NCBI GenBank assembly: GCA_008632985.1
Contig: QPGO01000077.1
Location: forward strand, 62,001-126,000
Direction of reading: 5' to 3'
DNA: 64,000 nt
From: Psammoneis japonica
Lineage: Eukaryota
Position numbers and translations under genes: made by a program. Of this stretch, positions 1 through 12,900 are shown piece after piece (positions within the stretch are counted from its first letter, which is position 1; each line of letters begins with the position of its first letter). The notes below the pieces were generated by a model that did not search any database, was not told where the DNA came from, and saw only the letters and a program-made list of their open reading frames with translations.

Positions 1-149
1 GTGCATCATTTGTGTGGTGTGCCCAGGTGTTTTCTTCAGACACCAAAGGGAGCACACCCAGCCTGATTTTTTGGCATTCTCAGAAACGGTCAAAACAAAC
101 CCCTCTTTACTTTGGCTTCACAAAACTGGGCATGTGTGAAACAATTTTG

Positions 150-2115
150 TAAAAGAGCACACTTGGAAATGTGCACATGTGTTGTGGCTGCCACATGACA
201 AAAAAAGTTCTGTGACAGTCCAGTGCTGCGAGGCAGCCCCCCACCTGCCAGAGCTCAAACGCATGTCTGGAAACTTCCTCTTGAAAGTGGTCATGTTTTG
301 GGGGAGTCACTCAGATGTGAGCACCGTTGCAAGTGTGATCCAAACCAACTTGTCTGAACTTCACCCCCACTTGCCAACCATTGGTTGCATGCCACAAAGT
401 TTGGCCAATGTGTCTTGCTGCTCTTGGCAGCCCTTCACATGAGAGGAGAAACTGTGGAAGACTTGTTGGCCAACCCATTCATGGGCCATTTGGCAGCATC
501 CAATGAGGCATTTGTCAAGTGCACTCCTCACAAGCAAGAGGAGCATGAAGATGAAAATGACTTGTTGGGGATTCAGCTCATGACTCTGGCTGACAATGGA
601 CAAAAGGCACACAAGATGCTCCTTCAGAAGAAGAAAATGTGAAATGCTCCCAGTGAGACCAAGGAGAAGATCTTGGTGCCAGAAGCTGTGGCACTTAAGA
701 AATTTCACAGCAGCAAAAGCAAAAAGGGAGACAACTCTCAGAACAAGGACAAAAAGGACCAGAAAAAGGACAAGGACCACATGCACATGGAGAGGGAAAT
801 GAAAAGCCAAACAAGTGGCTCTGCTGCCACACCAAGCCCAAGACAACTTGTTTGACTGAAACCTGCACCTGGATCTTCAGTGCATTTCATTGATGCAAAT
901 GGATGCTGGTGGCAAATGCTTTGGCAAGTGATGAGCACATGAACCCAACAAATGCAAGGGTCATGAGAGTTCAAACTAGAAAAGGAAAGAGGGAAGAGGC
1001 AAGCCAGCAAGCATCTAAAGCTGGCCAAGGCTGGTGTGTCCCCAGCTCAAAAACTAAGATCTGGTGAGGAGTCTGAACAATGACCATGTGAGTGCACCCA
1101 TGATTGTTGCAAATGCTCAGCTGCTGATCATGAAAACAAAGGCAGCAGCTCCTGCCCCCCTGATGAGCTGCTGGCTTCAGCTGCACAATTCGTCATGCAA
1201 GCAACTTCACAACCTCCAGTTGTCTGTTGCTCACTCTTCTGTGAAGTGTCAGATGCATTCAGAAGCAACATGGTCATCACTTGGGCTCACTCAATTGTCA
1301 CACTCATCATCGTTGTCTCATCCTTTGTCTGCCTTTTGCATGACAGATGACTCTCCACATTGAAAGCCATGGCACATGTGGTCACAATGGCTGTTTGTCA
1401 GATGTCAGATTGTCATGACATCATGGTTGCAGAAGAGTGCAAGAGCAACAATGAGAAAAGTCTTTTGATGTCAGACAGCACACCTTGTTGGAAGATGAGT
1501 TGAGTGCTTCATTGATTGACTCACTCAGCAAGATGCTGCATGCAATCAATCCCAAAGAGGGAGAAGCCAATGATCTTCACAATGCATCAAAAAAATCACA
1601 TGAAGCCAAATGGCAATTGTGGAGCCTTGCACACACGTTGTCAGTGACCATCACCAATGAAGAAGCCACACACACACACACACGCACATGCACACACATG
1701 GAACTGCAAGATTGTGTTTGATGCAGACTCAGGATCAGCTGGAGTTGACAGCCAATGCTTGGGACACATCTCTCATGTGGCTGAAGATTTCCTCACAGGC
1801 AAAGTCAGAGATGGCAACAGAGTGACAAAGGGATTGAGAAGAACATGGATGAAAGGCATCAAGGCTGGAGCACTGCTGTGGAGGTGGAACAATGATGAGA
1901 GAAAGACACGTGTGTCAGCCCACAGTGCCATGCGAAGATGCAGAGAGAATTCAAGCTGATCAAATGAGCCAAGTGTGAAACCAATTTGAAAGAAGTGACT
2001 CTCCACTGGAAACAGAAGAGACACTAACTTGCCATCCCACTCATCAAAACCACTGACATTGCCACCTTCCAAAGTGCTCCAGAACATCAGAAATTTGAAG
2101 CAATCTGTGCAGGGG
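150..2115 (+). mobile_element. Degenerate Ty1/Copia LTR retrotransposon fragment (gag and protease region)
   Basis: Broken frames read gag-like LLLLAALHMRGETVEDLLANPFMGHLAASNEAFVKC..KQEEHEDE and protease-like FDADSGSAGVDSQCLGHISHVAEDF...TKG...GALLWRWNNDE, then IPLIKTTDIATFQSAP. There are many stops and frameshifts, and Tyr is replaced by His/Cys. Boundaries are approximate. Confidence 0.75.
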
Positions 2116-2778
2116 CCAGAAGCAATGCTGTGAATGACTCTGAGCAGGTGCATGAGCACAGCCATGGTTCTGCTTGTCTGATTGGAGGTGCAGTGCTGCA
2201 GCATTTTTTTGCATGGCAGATTGAGCTCTCTCCCACAGCTTGATTGCACCTCAGCACATGACTGGTTTGCTCCACAGAGTCTCTCCATCTACCAGAGAGA
2301 GGAGTTTGACTTAAGATGCCAGTGGACAGTCAACAAAACCTTCTCACAACAGCATGGAGCTTGGGCATTGAATCTGATTTCTGGGCAGCAAGCTTCACAC
2401 TGTTCCAGTTGCTGCCATGGACACTCCGTTCCTCCAAAACCAACTGGCCAACTTTTGACCTGTTTCCAACTGCCTGAATTCAAATGCCATGTGATTGCAG
2501 TAGCTGCTGTCTTGAGAGGTGACAAGGATGGCACAAAGGTAGCAAGAAACAAGGCCACATGCATGATGGCCTCAGCATGTGCAGGCAACAAGCCCACCCT
2601 CCACCAGATGAAGATGCACTCTTGCACATAGATCTGGTCTTGTTCGCTGCATTGCAAGTGTTTAAGTCAATGGAATGTCGCCTAGCTAGAGTGCTCTACA
2701 ATGTGTTTCACGATGTTATTGCACTACATTCAATGTTATTTAAAAAAAGACTAAGCCGTTTTCACCCCTCTGCAGCAC

Positions 2779-3645
2779 TTACTTGAGCAACACTGCAGCA
2801 ATCGCCGTCATGAGTCCTACAAAGATGGTGCCCTTGGTCGAGTCTGGATTGATGGGTTCATTGATCTTGTGCAAAAAGAAGCAATCGAGGAGATCGATGG
2901 CAAAAAAGGCCGACGCGTAGGCCACCGCCTCGTTGACCGATTTTCCCTGCGTCAACGATCGGCAAGAATGGCATACAGCGCTAAGGTGCTGCTCCACCGG
3001 CACAGCATTGTGCCGCTGACAGGCTCAAGATTGGTCAGGCCCATAATCTTGGCGGCAGCATCAATGGAGAGCGCCCCCAAAAGACCAAAGGCACTGAGTC
3101 CTGCAACCATAATATTGCTAAAAAGCTTTGCATCCCCAATGCCGTAAGTGACTGCAGTCATAAAGGCCAAGGTCGTACCAGCAAAGGCTGTTCCCAAAGC
3201 CCTTCATGAAGCAAAGGCTAGAAACGCTTCCCTTGAGGAGACACCCGTAATAATGTAGGCGCAAGGCGCGGCACTCCACACAATTGCAGTAGTCGTATCC
3301 AAAGTCGTCTTTTGCGTCATTGACACAAGAGCGAGAGTGGCCAGCATGGTGGCGCCCACCTTCTACGTAAACACATACCCACGGTTCCCTTCGGCGAGAA
3401 AAACCCTAGTTGACGTTGGCGACAGTTTCAGGGGCCAGCCAAGGAAGGCCGTGGATTCCAAGGAGAGTTTTCCAGACAATCATGGCAGCGTCCTTGGCAT
3501 CTCCACCACCACGGAGTTGGATGGCCTTGGCGGCACGTGGCTGGACAACAAAGGGAGTGGTATGACGCTTGAGAACCGGCACACGGGCATGGGCCGCAGT
3601 CGTCAAGACGAGAGCAAGGAAGAGGATTCTCGAAACAAGCTTCAT
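2779..3645 (-). pseudogene. Fragmented signal-peptide/'LRGG'-type multi-pass membrane protein gene
   Basis: Signal peptide MKLVSRILFLALVLTTAAHA and a QLRGGG motif. The hydrophobic helices are split over three ORFs (3406-3645, 2952-3197, 2779-3003) with frame changes and no convincing introns. Confidence 0.45.
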
Positions 3646-4052
3646 GGTGTTGTCGGAGTACATACTTTATGTAGGAGTTTGAGGTGGGAACACAATGACT
3701 TGTGGTGTCAAGCCCGATGCGATTGGTCTTGTGTCTCTGTTGGAAATCTTTTGTGTGAGAGGTGAAGTTGATGATGTCGAATCTTTCCACCCTCTCTAGC
3801 CCCCCTTCCTACTCTCTAGGATATGGTAGAGCGAGGGCCTGCTCTACCATCTTGATGGATCTCTCGTAGGGAATAGCGAGAGTCGCGTGCGTGTCGCTAG
3901 TCTACCGCTTGTTGTAACAAATGTTAGCAACGGGCCAAGTTAAGACGGATGGTGGATATTGTATAGTCTCTCTACTGAATCAACGGCTTGCTTCAGTCTA
4001 TTTGGAGGAGGAAAAGGGCAGCAAGTGGAACTCAGTTTGACTGACTTGGGCT

Positions 4053-5652
4053 TCACTTTGTTGGCTTCATGTTTGGCTTCGCCCCAGAAAAAGCATTTCT
4101 CCTTACCCAAGGCAAAAGAAACATCTGGCCGCATCTATGCCTAAGCCATCTTGAGGCACGGATTTCAAGCCTTAAATTATAGTTCTGACAGGCTTCCCAA
4201 TACTGCGACCTTAGCACTGACGTGGATGCTTCCCAACCCCATTTCTCTGCTTCTTTCCTTGCCTCTAACCCCACGTCTTTACGAAAGTCGGGGTCGTCGC
4301 GAAGCTTTTGTATTACTCCAACGTATTCTGTAGTAGCTCCAGGGGTAACGAGAAATGACGTCAAATTGTCCTCAATCAGGTTTGGGACCCCTCCAGCTCT
4401 CGCAGCTACAACCGGTACACCGCTTGCCATGGCTTCAAGCACCACAAAACCGAGTGTTTCGCTATCGCTCGGAAGCACCAAAACATCTGCAGATGCGTAC
4501 GCGCTGCTCAAATCATCCCCAACAAGTTGACCAGTAAACACAACGCGGTGATCACCTTTGAACAAGCGTTTGGTTTCTTCCTCTTGAGGGCCTGTCCCAA
4601 CAAGACAAAGCCGTGTCCCTGACGGTGCAGCGTCCAATATTGCTTTGAGGTCGTGCACACGTTTCTCGAACGCTAGCCTTCCAACGTATAAAAGCAGAAA
4701 ATCCGTGTTGAAAGCATTGGTCATTCGATCACGCATGCGGTCACAAGAATAGCGAGGGTGAAAGCGTTCTGTGTTGATGCCCTTTTGCCAAATATAAACA
4801 CGAGGGATACGCTTGCTTACAAACTCTTCCTTTATTTGAGGGGAAGTAACAAGAGTAACATCCGCAAAGGAATGGCCAAATCGGATCAAACCCCAAATCA
4901 CATGTTCTAGTAACGGAATAGACTTGAAGAATCGATACTTCTTGGCATATGTTGGCAAGTGTGTGTGATAGCTCATCACTGCGAGAAACAAACGAAAAGT
5001 TAGGGTCGAAGCTTCAATTTCGTGGACGGGCATAGCTTTACCATAGCTTACCAAGCGGTATACCAAATAATCTTGAATAAAATATCGCGGCAAATGCCAA
5101 GAGACCACTGTATAATGGTAAACAGTCTTTCAGATGAGTAATCGTTCAAAGTCTCACAGTGAAACATCCTGCAACTCACGGAGTACTAACATGGAGCACA
5201 TGAGGTTTCATTTTGTGAATTACTCGCAGCGCTTTCAACTTCCAATCAAACGAGAGAGTAAGAGACCGATAAAAGGGAGCACTGAACCCTGCTGTATGGT
5301 GAATTGTTTGGCCGAATTTTTGCCGAGGAAGTTCTGTTGTGTTGTGATTGTCTGCGGTGATGACAACGACTTGATCTCCTGCCTTGCTTAAATATCGCAG
5401 GGTTTCCTGATAGCGGTTAGCATATCCACAAACAAAAGTGAACGGAGAAGGCTCTACCAGGATGCATACTTTCAAGCTGGGTGACTGGTCGAGGCGGGGA
5501 GGAGGTATGATGTCACCTGGAATCGGAGATGTGGCGGCACAAGGCCTCGAGCGAAGAAACAGAGAGAGCAAAGCCACACATCCAACGTAAGACCGCATCT
5601 CTTTCATAGTATGAATAGGAGGGGGGGATATGAAGGAAAATTGTTTCTCCAT
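4053..5652 (-). CDS. SQD2: GT4 glycosyltransferase, sulfoquinovosyltransferase SQD2-like; exons ~5652-5180, 5107-5052, 4978-4053
   Basis: Motifs VEPSPFTFVCGYANRY, HVSTPG, MSYHTHLP, YVGRLAFEK and PSDSETLGFVVLEAMASGVPVV. GT-AG introns 5179-5108 and 5051-4979 restore the frame. The start codon is uncertain. Confidence 0.85.
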
Positions 5653-6086
5653 AGGGTGCCATGGTGTTTTGGAGTTTAGCCCATCTTCATCTAATCATAT
5701 TGATTCTGACATCAATCTCGGATTTGGAATTTGGTGTCAAATATGATGTAATCACGCCCTTTGATATGTAATATGTCATATAAGTATTTATAAGTGCATA
5801 TGTATTGATTTTGTCAACCGTTGTTCGCATCTTTTTCTTCTTTCCCGCTGATAGTGACTTCAATTATCACCTTCAGAAGCGTAGGATTGGTAAATCAATT
5901 GTTTGAGACCGACCGCGCTCACAAAAATGCGCGCGAATGACCCGCCAGTGTGCTGTGTGATCGTTCCTGCACAAATTTTCGCTCAACGAACGTTTTTTCG
6001 AGTTTCGCCAGTGGACAGTGGATTTCCTTTCGTGTTGCTATTTTCGTGGATTGCACGATAGATCTGAAATCGACATTGAAAGCAAC

Positions 6087-6906
6087 ATGGCAGACGCTCC
6101 CCGTCGCTCCAGTCGCCGTCCGAAAGCAAAGCAGCGCTCAACTTACTCGGTGGGCGATGTTGTCGAGGTTCGTTTCCACTTTGTACATAAGACTGGTTCG
6201 TTTTTGTTGGTCAAGTCATTTTACCATGTTTCTGACGTGAAATTTTTGCTTTCTGGTTTGTTCTGCGCACTAGATTATGAGAAACAACGCCATTGAACAC
6301 GGTCACCTCATGTACAAGTTGACTGAGGGACCTACTCCAAATCCGAGATGGCTCGTTGCTTTTGACGGCCAATCTGGGAAAGGTGAAGAACTTTACGAGC
6401 AGTCCTTTGGAAAAACCGTGGCGACCGCCGAGGTAAAAGAGCAAGGCCAGCGCAAGGCATCGAGGAACAAAGGAAGTAAAAGTAGCAAGGGACCAAGCTC
6501 CAAGACCAGCAACAGCAGCAAGAGCAGCGACAGCGAGCAGAGCGGTTCCAACAAGAAAAAGAAGGCAGTTGGGTTTTCCGAGAGCTCCATGGTGGGTTCT
6601 GAAGACGATTCGTCTCGTCCTGGTAACACTGGCAGTGACAGTGCAAAAGTGTCTGCTCGCGAGCAACGCAGTCGTCGTCGGCAGGCAATGACCAGCGAAG
6701 AAGGTAGCGATGCATTGCTCCCAGACGGTAAAAAGCGACCGCGACCGGGTTCGTCTAGTAGCAAGGGCGGCTCGAATGGCAACAACGGCAAATCGAACAA
6801 GAAAGTTCGAAAGAACGAGGATATGGTAAAAATACCCATGTTGACTGGGACTCTTTATCTTTATCGCGGTCCTTACCGGCGAGCCGAGTTTATTCGCAAG
6901 GTGTAA
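6087..6906 (+). CDS. Hypothetical protein (Tudor/SH3-like N-terminus, basic Ser-rich linker, conserved C-terminal motif); exons 6087-6167, 6274-6906
   Basis: Phase-0 intron GTTCGT...TAG joins MADAPRRSSRR..YSVGDVVE to IMRNN.. in frame. It is paralogous to the adjacent gene and has the same intron position. Confidence 0.8.
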
Positions 6907-7771
6907 GTTGCTTTAGCTTAGGCTTTGTGTATGGTTGGAGACCTTCTCATTCAGAGTTGAGAGCTTTGTCTTATAAAATATCACCTCGAGTTCATGAATG
7001 TCAGCAGCCACGACCACATGTTGCTGCGTTCATATTCTTGGTGCCAGTAGTTAAACGATTAGCTTCATCGCTATTTCTATTCTTGAAAACCAAGGTTCTT
7101 GTTACTCCTGCTGCAGAGCTTCTGTTCTAACTTAGCCATCACTCTGCTCGTTGCAGATGCCTGACAGCTGCAAGCAGTAGCTTAGCTGATTCCTTGAGTT
7201 CCAAGTCCGGGTGCATACTTTATCAATGACCGGCTTGCCGGTATGAACAGGGGAAGTATGCTTTTCGTCTTCGTTGCACGCAAACGTCGTAACAAACTCA
7301 ACTTACTAAACTATCGTGAATACTCCGAGGCACTGCTAGTTCTAAGCTCCAGTCGACCGATTGATCTACCTAACTAGCAAAGGGGCTTTTGTCCACAACA
7401 CTACCGGTAATAAGGTCCTAGGGCCCTACATGTAGACAAGGGAAACACTCATGACTCAAATGCAATCGGGACTCAAAGTGAGACTTCGGACCAAAGCGAA
7501 GCGCGCAGGTGCGCGTCCTATGGTTCATCTTCGTACGGAAAACCTCGTAGTTTTCTACTTACACACTTTTCAGTACGTGGTATAGAAACAAATACGTATC
7601 TTCGATCATGTTGATTTCGATATGTTGCAATGGTTGACCTTTTTTTTGGTTTTCGGTTTTTCGCCAACGAACAGTCAAACAGAGCAGAGACACAAAACAA
7701 AGTGATCTGTTGAGATTGCCATTGCAACAGGCAGAGACGCCGTTTCATACAAAGCAGAGCAGCTTCCAACC

Positions 7772-8612
7772 ATGCCCGACATCTCTGATGCGCCGCGACG
7801 CTCTAGTCGTAGATCCAAGCCGAAGAATTTTTCTTCCTACAGTGTAGGAGATGTGGTTCAGGTATGTTGCTCTAGAAACTGTCATAAGTTCTCGTTGTCT
7901 GCTGCAGGATCGTCACCTCTGAAAACATTTCGGAAGGGAATTTCTATCACCGTTTCGTGTGTCTCACTTTGTTCTTTCGATCTTATGTTAGATTACTCGC
8001 CACAACGTTGAGGCCAGAGGTCGCCTCGCCTACAAACTTTCAGAGGGTGCCTCGACGGTGAATCCACGCTGGCTTGTCAAGTTTGATGGGCAATCCTTCA
8101 AGGACGAAGAGCTGTACGAGCGGTCGTTTGGAAAGATCCTCAAGAAGGCTGACGCAACCGAAACGGCTTCGAAAGGCTCTGGCAACCGAAAGTCTGGGAA
8201 GAACAAGGGAACCGGAAGCAAAAAGAGCAGCCCCAACAATAAGAACTCTGGAGCATCCAGTGGCGATGACAGCAGTTCCAAGAAGAAGTCCGTGTCGTTC
8301 TCTGGGGACTCTGTTGCAGGCTCCGAGGAGGACTCCTCGTCTTCACGCAATGGGGCCAACAGCGATGTCCGAGTTTCGGCACGGGAACAGCGCAGCCGCA
8401 GGCGTCAAGCCAAGATAGAAGAAGAAGTCGCCGAGACTGCGTATTCCTCAGGCGACAAGCGCGGATTCAGCAAAGATGTCTCAGGCGGCGGAAGCCCCCC
8501 AGTCAAAAGGGGGAAAATGAATGAAGAAGTGCTGAAGATTCCAATGTTGACGGGTACTCTGTATCTGTATCGCGGCGTCAACGCTAGAGCTGAGTTCATT
8601 CGTCGGGTGTGA
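7772..8612 (+). CDS. Hypothetical protein, tandem paralogue of 6087-6906; exons 7772-7861, 7992-8612
   Basis: Shares DAPRRSSRR, YSVGDVV, NPRWLV.FDGQS, ELYE.SFGK, VSAREQRSRRRQA and KIPMLTGTLYLYRG..RAEFIR.V. Intron GTATGT...TAG. Confidence 0.8.
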
Positions 8613-9981
8613 GAAGAGTCCACTACATTGGGGCATTGGGGGTCGAAGACTGATTCACGGGTTTCCTACAGCGATTGCGACTTCTAGTTTCTAGTGTTTG
8701 AATTACAGAGCTAGCTACAGATTTATTTCTAATCACAAGATAACTGAAATTAGGACACATCTTCAATCTATCCGATGCGTGCTTCGGTGTGGAGAACGGT
8801 TGTCTTCGCGCTTCGCTACCAATAAGTAAAAGCGGGTACAGTGTCGTATCCTATCCCCGCTTAGATATTGGTACAGAGTTATGCTCAATTCACGGAATGT
8901 TTGAAAGGGTATAAGTGGCTATGAAGCTGATAAGCTCATGCCACTTGCGGCATCAGGTGTTTTCCATATTCGATTTCTCGACGGTGACGCCTTGCCATTG
9001 TTTTGACGAGTTCAAAGAGGATCGAGGATAAATTGAGAATAGTCAATTCAAAAATAAGTTGAGCTGCGAAAAGGAACTGGCGAGACTTCAATATTTTCTA
9101 GTGTACTGTACCGTAGGAGTAGGTATTAAGAGAGAAGGTCAAAAACCCTCCTGATGCGAGGTCCGAATTTCTTTCAAACATTAGAGTAGTAGAGAGAGTC
9201 AGACTTCAGTGTTTTACGAGTATCTCATATATCCTGTAAGTGCGTATCCCACGCCCCATGTACGAGTACTGTACCTTACACGTTACAACGGACGCTCGCA
9301 TCGGTTCACCGCTTCACCGCGTCAGGCGTCGGCTCGGTCATCGTGAGGCAGGAATGCATCACAACAACCACAATACTTTTTGAAATTTTTCTGGATCGCG
9401 TTTATGTTAATTATCCATTGAAGCAAGACTGACGGGTCGATATGTTGTACTTATTTTCGCCTTAATTAAAAATAAATCAGTGTGCGCGAAAATTATCTTA
9501 TTGCCCTCATTATTTGCTCTGCTTTTGATCGTGAGCGAGCTGGCTGTCATCATCACGCCACTCAAAATAAAACGATCAAAAATCGTGCTTCCGAATTTTT
9601 TGAAAATCTGGGGACGTCTCCAGCCAGCTGCTGGCTGGAAAACGTCTGCTTGTCAGTGCGTTTACGGGGTTTCACCCGTGCAATTTACGTGCGTCGAGTC
9701 CGTCCAGCGTTCACCAAATCTGGCCATGACCCCAAACGCGCTGATTGACAGACTCTGTCAGTGCAAATCCTGCGCAAGATTCTTCGACCAGCAGCTGGCT
9801 GGAGTCTGGAGATGTCCCCAAAATCGGATTTTTCTGAGAATGCGCTGGCACGTCCGTGCCGAAATCAACATCGCAGACAGATGCAGACATTGGTGCATGA
9901 GCAACAACAGCCAACAGACCTTTCAACAGGACAGAAGGCTTGGTGCATTGGGAGACTTGAGCGTTCAGAGGAGACGCAACA

Positions 9982-12900
9982 ATGTCGCAAGACGACGGCA
10001 AGTGGGAGAATGAGGATTCCAGCAGCTCCGAAGGAAGTGGCCATGCAGAAAGTGGCAGCACTCCGGCTCCACGCAAGGCATTGCGCAGCAGTGCAAAACG
10101 AAAGTTTTTCGGTGGCGACAACGACACGGCAGCAGCCATCTGCAGCAGTGGTGCAAGAGGTCGCAAACGCAAGAACCGTGACAGAACTGATGGCAGTGCC
10201 ATGGACTCAGGGAGTGGCTCTGAGAGTATCTCTGGCTCGGCCACAGTTGCAACAGCATCAAGCCTTCTCAACAAAACCTTTGCCGGTGGTGTCCGACGTG
10301 TGACACAGGAGGAAGTGGAGCAAGGCTTGTCTGAGGAACGCCAAGACGAAATCATTGCAAGTCTCCAGTTGAATCATTTGCCTTTTTGGAATGAACAGTT
10401 TCAAAAGGCTGTGGACAAATACAAAATCAAGACTGTGGCAGAATTGCTGAATTGGAACTTGCCCAACGGTGTGCTCCTCGCCTTAGAACCACGCGTGCGA
10501 ACCTGCGTCATGAATCTGCTCGGTTGGAAGGAAAACCCTAAAACCACGGCGCGCTTTCTACAGTTTTGTCAGCGACAAATGCCAGCGTCCAATGACCTGT
10601 TGAACAAACAGAGGCTTTCGGAAGGAAAACAGAAGCCGATTCGGCAGGATGGTGATCATGATTCGGCGTCTGGAACGACGAGCAACGCCACTGAAACCGA
10701 TGATTCGTTTTCAGGCGCCACCTCAAAGAAACGAAAAAGAGGGTCTCAGGAAAGTGCCACCGAGACTGCTCCCATGGATTGTGATGCGGATGATTTGGAT
10801 GGAGGACGTTTGATGGACAGCATTCCGCACCTGTCAAAGAAAATGTTTGATCCACAGACGGGACATCCGATTCGTCACTTTAGCGTGTTGGATCAAGAAG
10901 GTGCGTTGTAAAGTCTTCGTTCTTTGTCAGCCTGACCGTGCAAGGAAGAGAGCAGATTCTCACGCATGCATGCCTTTTGTGCTCCTCTCGCACTTGTCAG
11001 AAAACATTTTTGATTTCAGGCTGAATGTCAACACATCAACGATTCCTGGAATTGGTCGCGGTGCCTTCTTGACCTACTTGGGCTGCCGAGTCCTCAAAAA
11101 GGAGTGCAGAGAGCGTTCCAATGAGAAAATGAAAGATCGGCATGCCTGTGTTCCCGACACTGTGCAGCCCCTCGAGGCAGTCTCCGCTGATGGATGTGGG
11201 ACATCCGTCGAGCTGACTGGCAAAAACCTTCACGGAAACAAGAATTTGCTGTGCTGGCCAGTCACCACGTTTCCCCTTGCCGCTACGATGCCATCACGTG
11301 ATAAGGACTGCACGCAAGTTAGAGTGAAACTGACTGGTGAAAAGCTTCACTATGACAGCGACGACGAAGAAGAGCACATGACTCATCTTGACTTGATCAA
11401 CCCTTTTGGATTTCTGAAACTACATGTGGAAGACGATTACGTTCCTTCCAACAGACCTTGCTCCTCCAACAAATGCGGCATGATTGACTTGGGACGACAT
11501 GGGCCCTGGTTGAAAAGTGTTCGAAAAACCAAGACACAGTTTGATGTCAAAGCTTTTGTTTTCAGCCACGAGCCGTCTGATTGGAACTTCGGCGCAGGCG
11601 AAAAGCTGCAAGGAGAAGAACAGATCATCGACGTTACAAGCGATGCAACGGGCGAGCCACGTGCGCATGCTCAAACGTTTGGTGACATGTTGATGTACGT
11701 CAACGAGGTGGGCCACAACAAAGAGCTCCAGCAAAATGTTCAAGCGCTCGAGAAGGACGGAAGAACGGTTCATTGCTGCTTGGATGTGGCAACGTCCTTG
11801 CAAAAGAACCAAACGGTCGAACTCTTTGTGGACTGTTGTGATTCATATGAAGCATCTCGGGAACGCAAGGGGCATGGGGAATTTAAACGAAGGTCTTCGC
11901 GGCGACGACCACGAAGCGACTCGCTTGAAACGAAATATTCTCGAGCGGCACGATCTTCAGCATTGTTTTGAAAGGTTGACCATTGTGCAATTGTATGAGT
12001 TGGTGGAGTTTTTAGAAAAGACACTGCAGCCGGTTGCGAGTGTTACGAACGACTTTGTTCTACACTTGCAGACTAGAATCCCGAGCCCTCGCTCTATTGT
12101 CGCGGTTGAAACGGTCAAGCAGCCGTCTGTGTTACAGTGGTGTGCCCGGCGCCGTCTGCATTGGATGAGCATGGAATTGGGAGAACGTGCGTGGAGACTT
12201 GAAAAACTGTCAAGGAAGCCAGGTGCAGGTGCTTCCAAATCTTTTCCACATCAAGGTGTTTTCGATGACATGAAGAAACGACTGAAAGAAATGGAGTGGG
12301 ATCATGTTGACGGTGTTTTGAAGAAACTGAACTGCGACGAAGACGCAGTATACGCGGGCCTAACCTTTGAGATGTCTGAAGAATGCCTCTTTGAATTATC
12401 GAAGAAAGGCTTGTTGGATGCATTTGACGAATCGAGGTGGTGCCCGATTGCGGTGAAACTCACAAAGAGTCTCTGTGAGCAAGTATACATCCCCAGTACC
12501 TCGTCGCAAGAGAGGCGGCTTACAAAGGAAAGACTCCTGGGACCCCTTTTGAGCATTGCTGGTACAGCTGCCGATTGCGTGCGGCGTGCCTGCCGTTCGA
12601 AAAGTCCAGAACTTCTCAGCCAGCTACAGTTTGAGTCCGGCGTTCAGCGTGATCGATACGTCAATGCGGCGCATGTGCGACAATGTGAGGTAGTGATGGG
12701 GCCGGCTGCATTGTCTTGTGTGAATTTTCCTCAGTTTCCCATGGGCGTGTTAGCCGCGTTGGCTCAAGCGCACGATTCCTTGGGGAGGCCGATCGACCGG
12801 GGTGTTGATGCCGAATCAACCTCACAAAACGTTCATGTGTCTGCTGATGGTGTCTTCATGGTTGCGCAGAAGAACAACACCACGGCTGCTTCTGGAGAAC

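Noticed and set aside
3823..3850. 10-bp hairpin ATGGTAGAGC/GCTCTACCAT near CTAG, as a Helitron 3' end or terminator
   Set aside because: Spacing to CTAG is atypical, it is a single occurrence, and bacterial-type terminators are not expected here.
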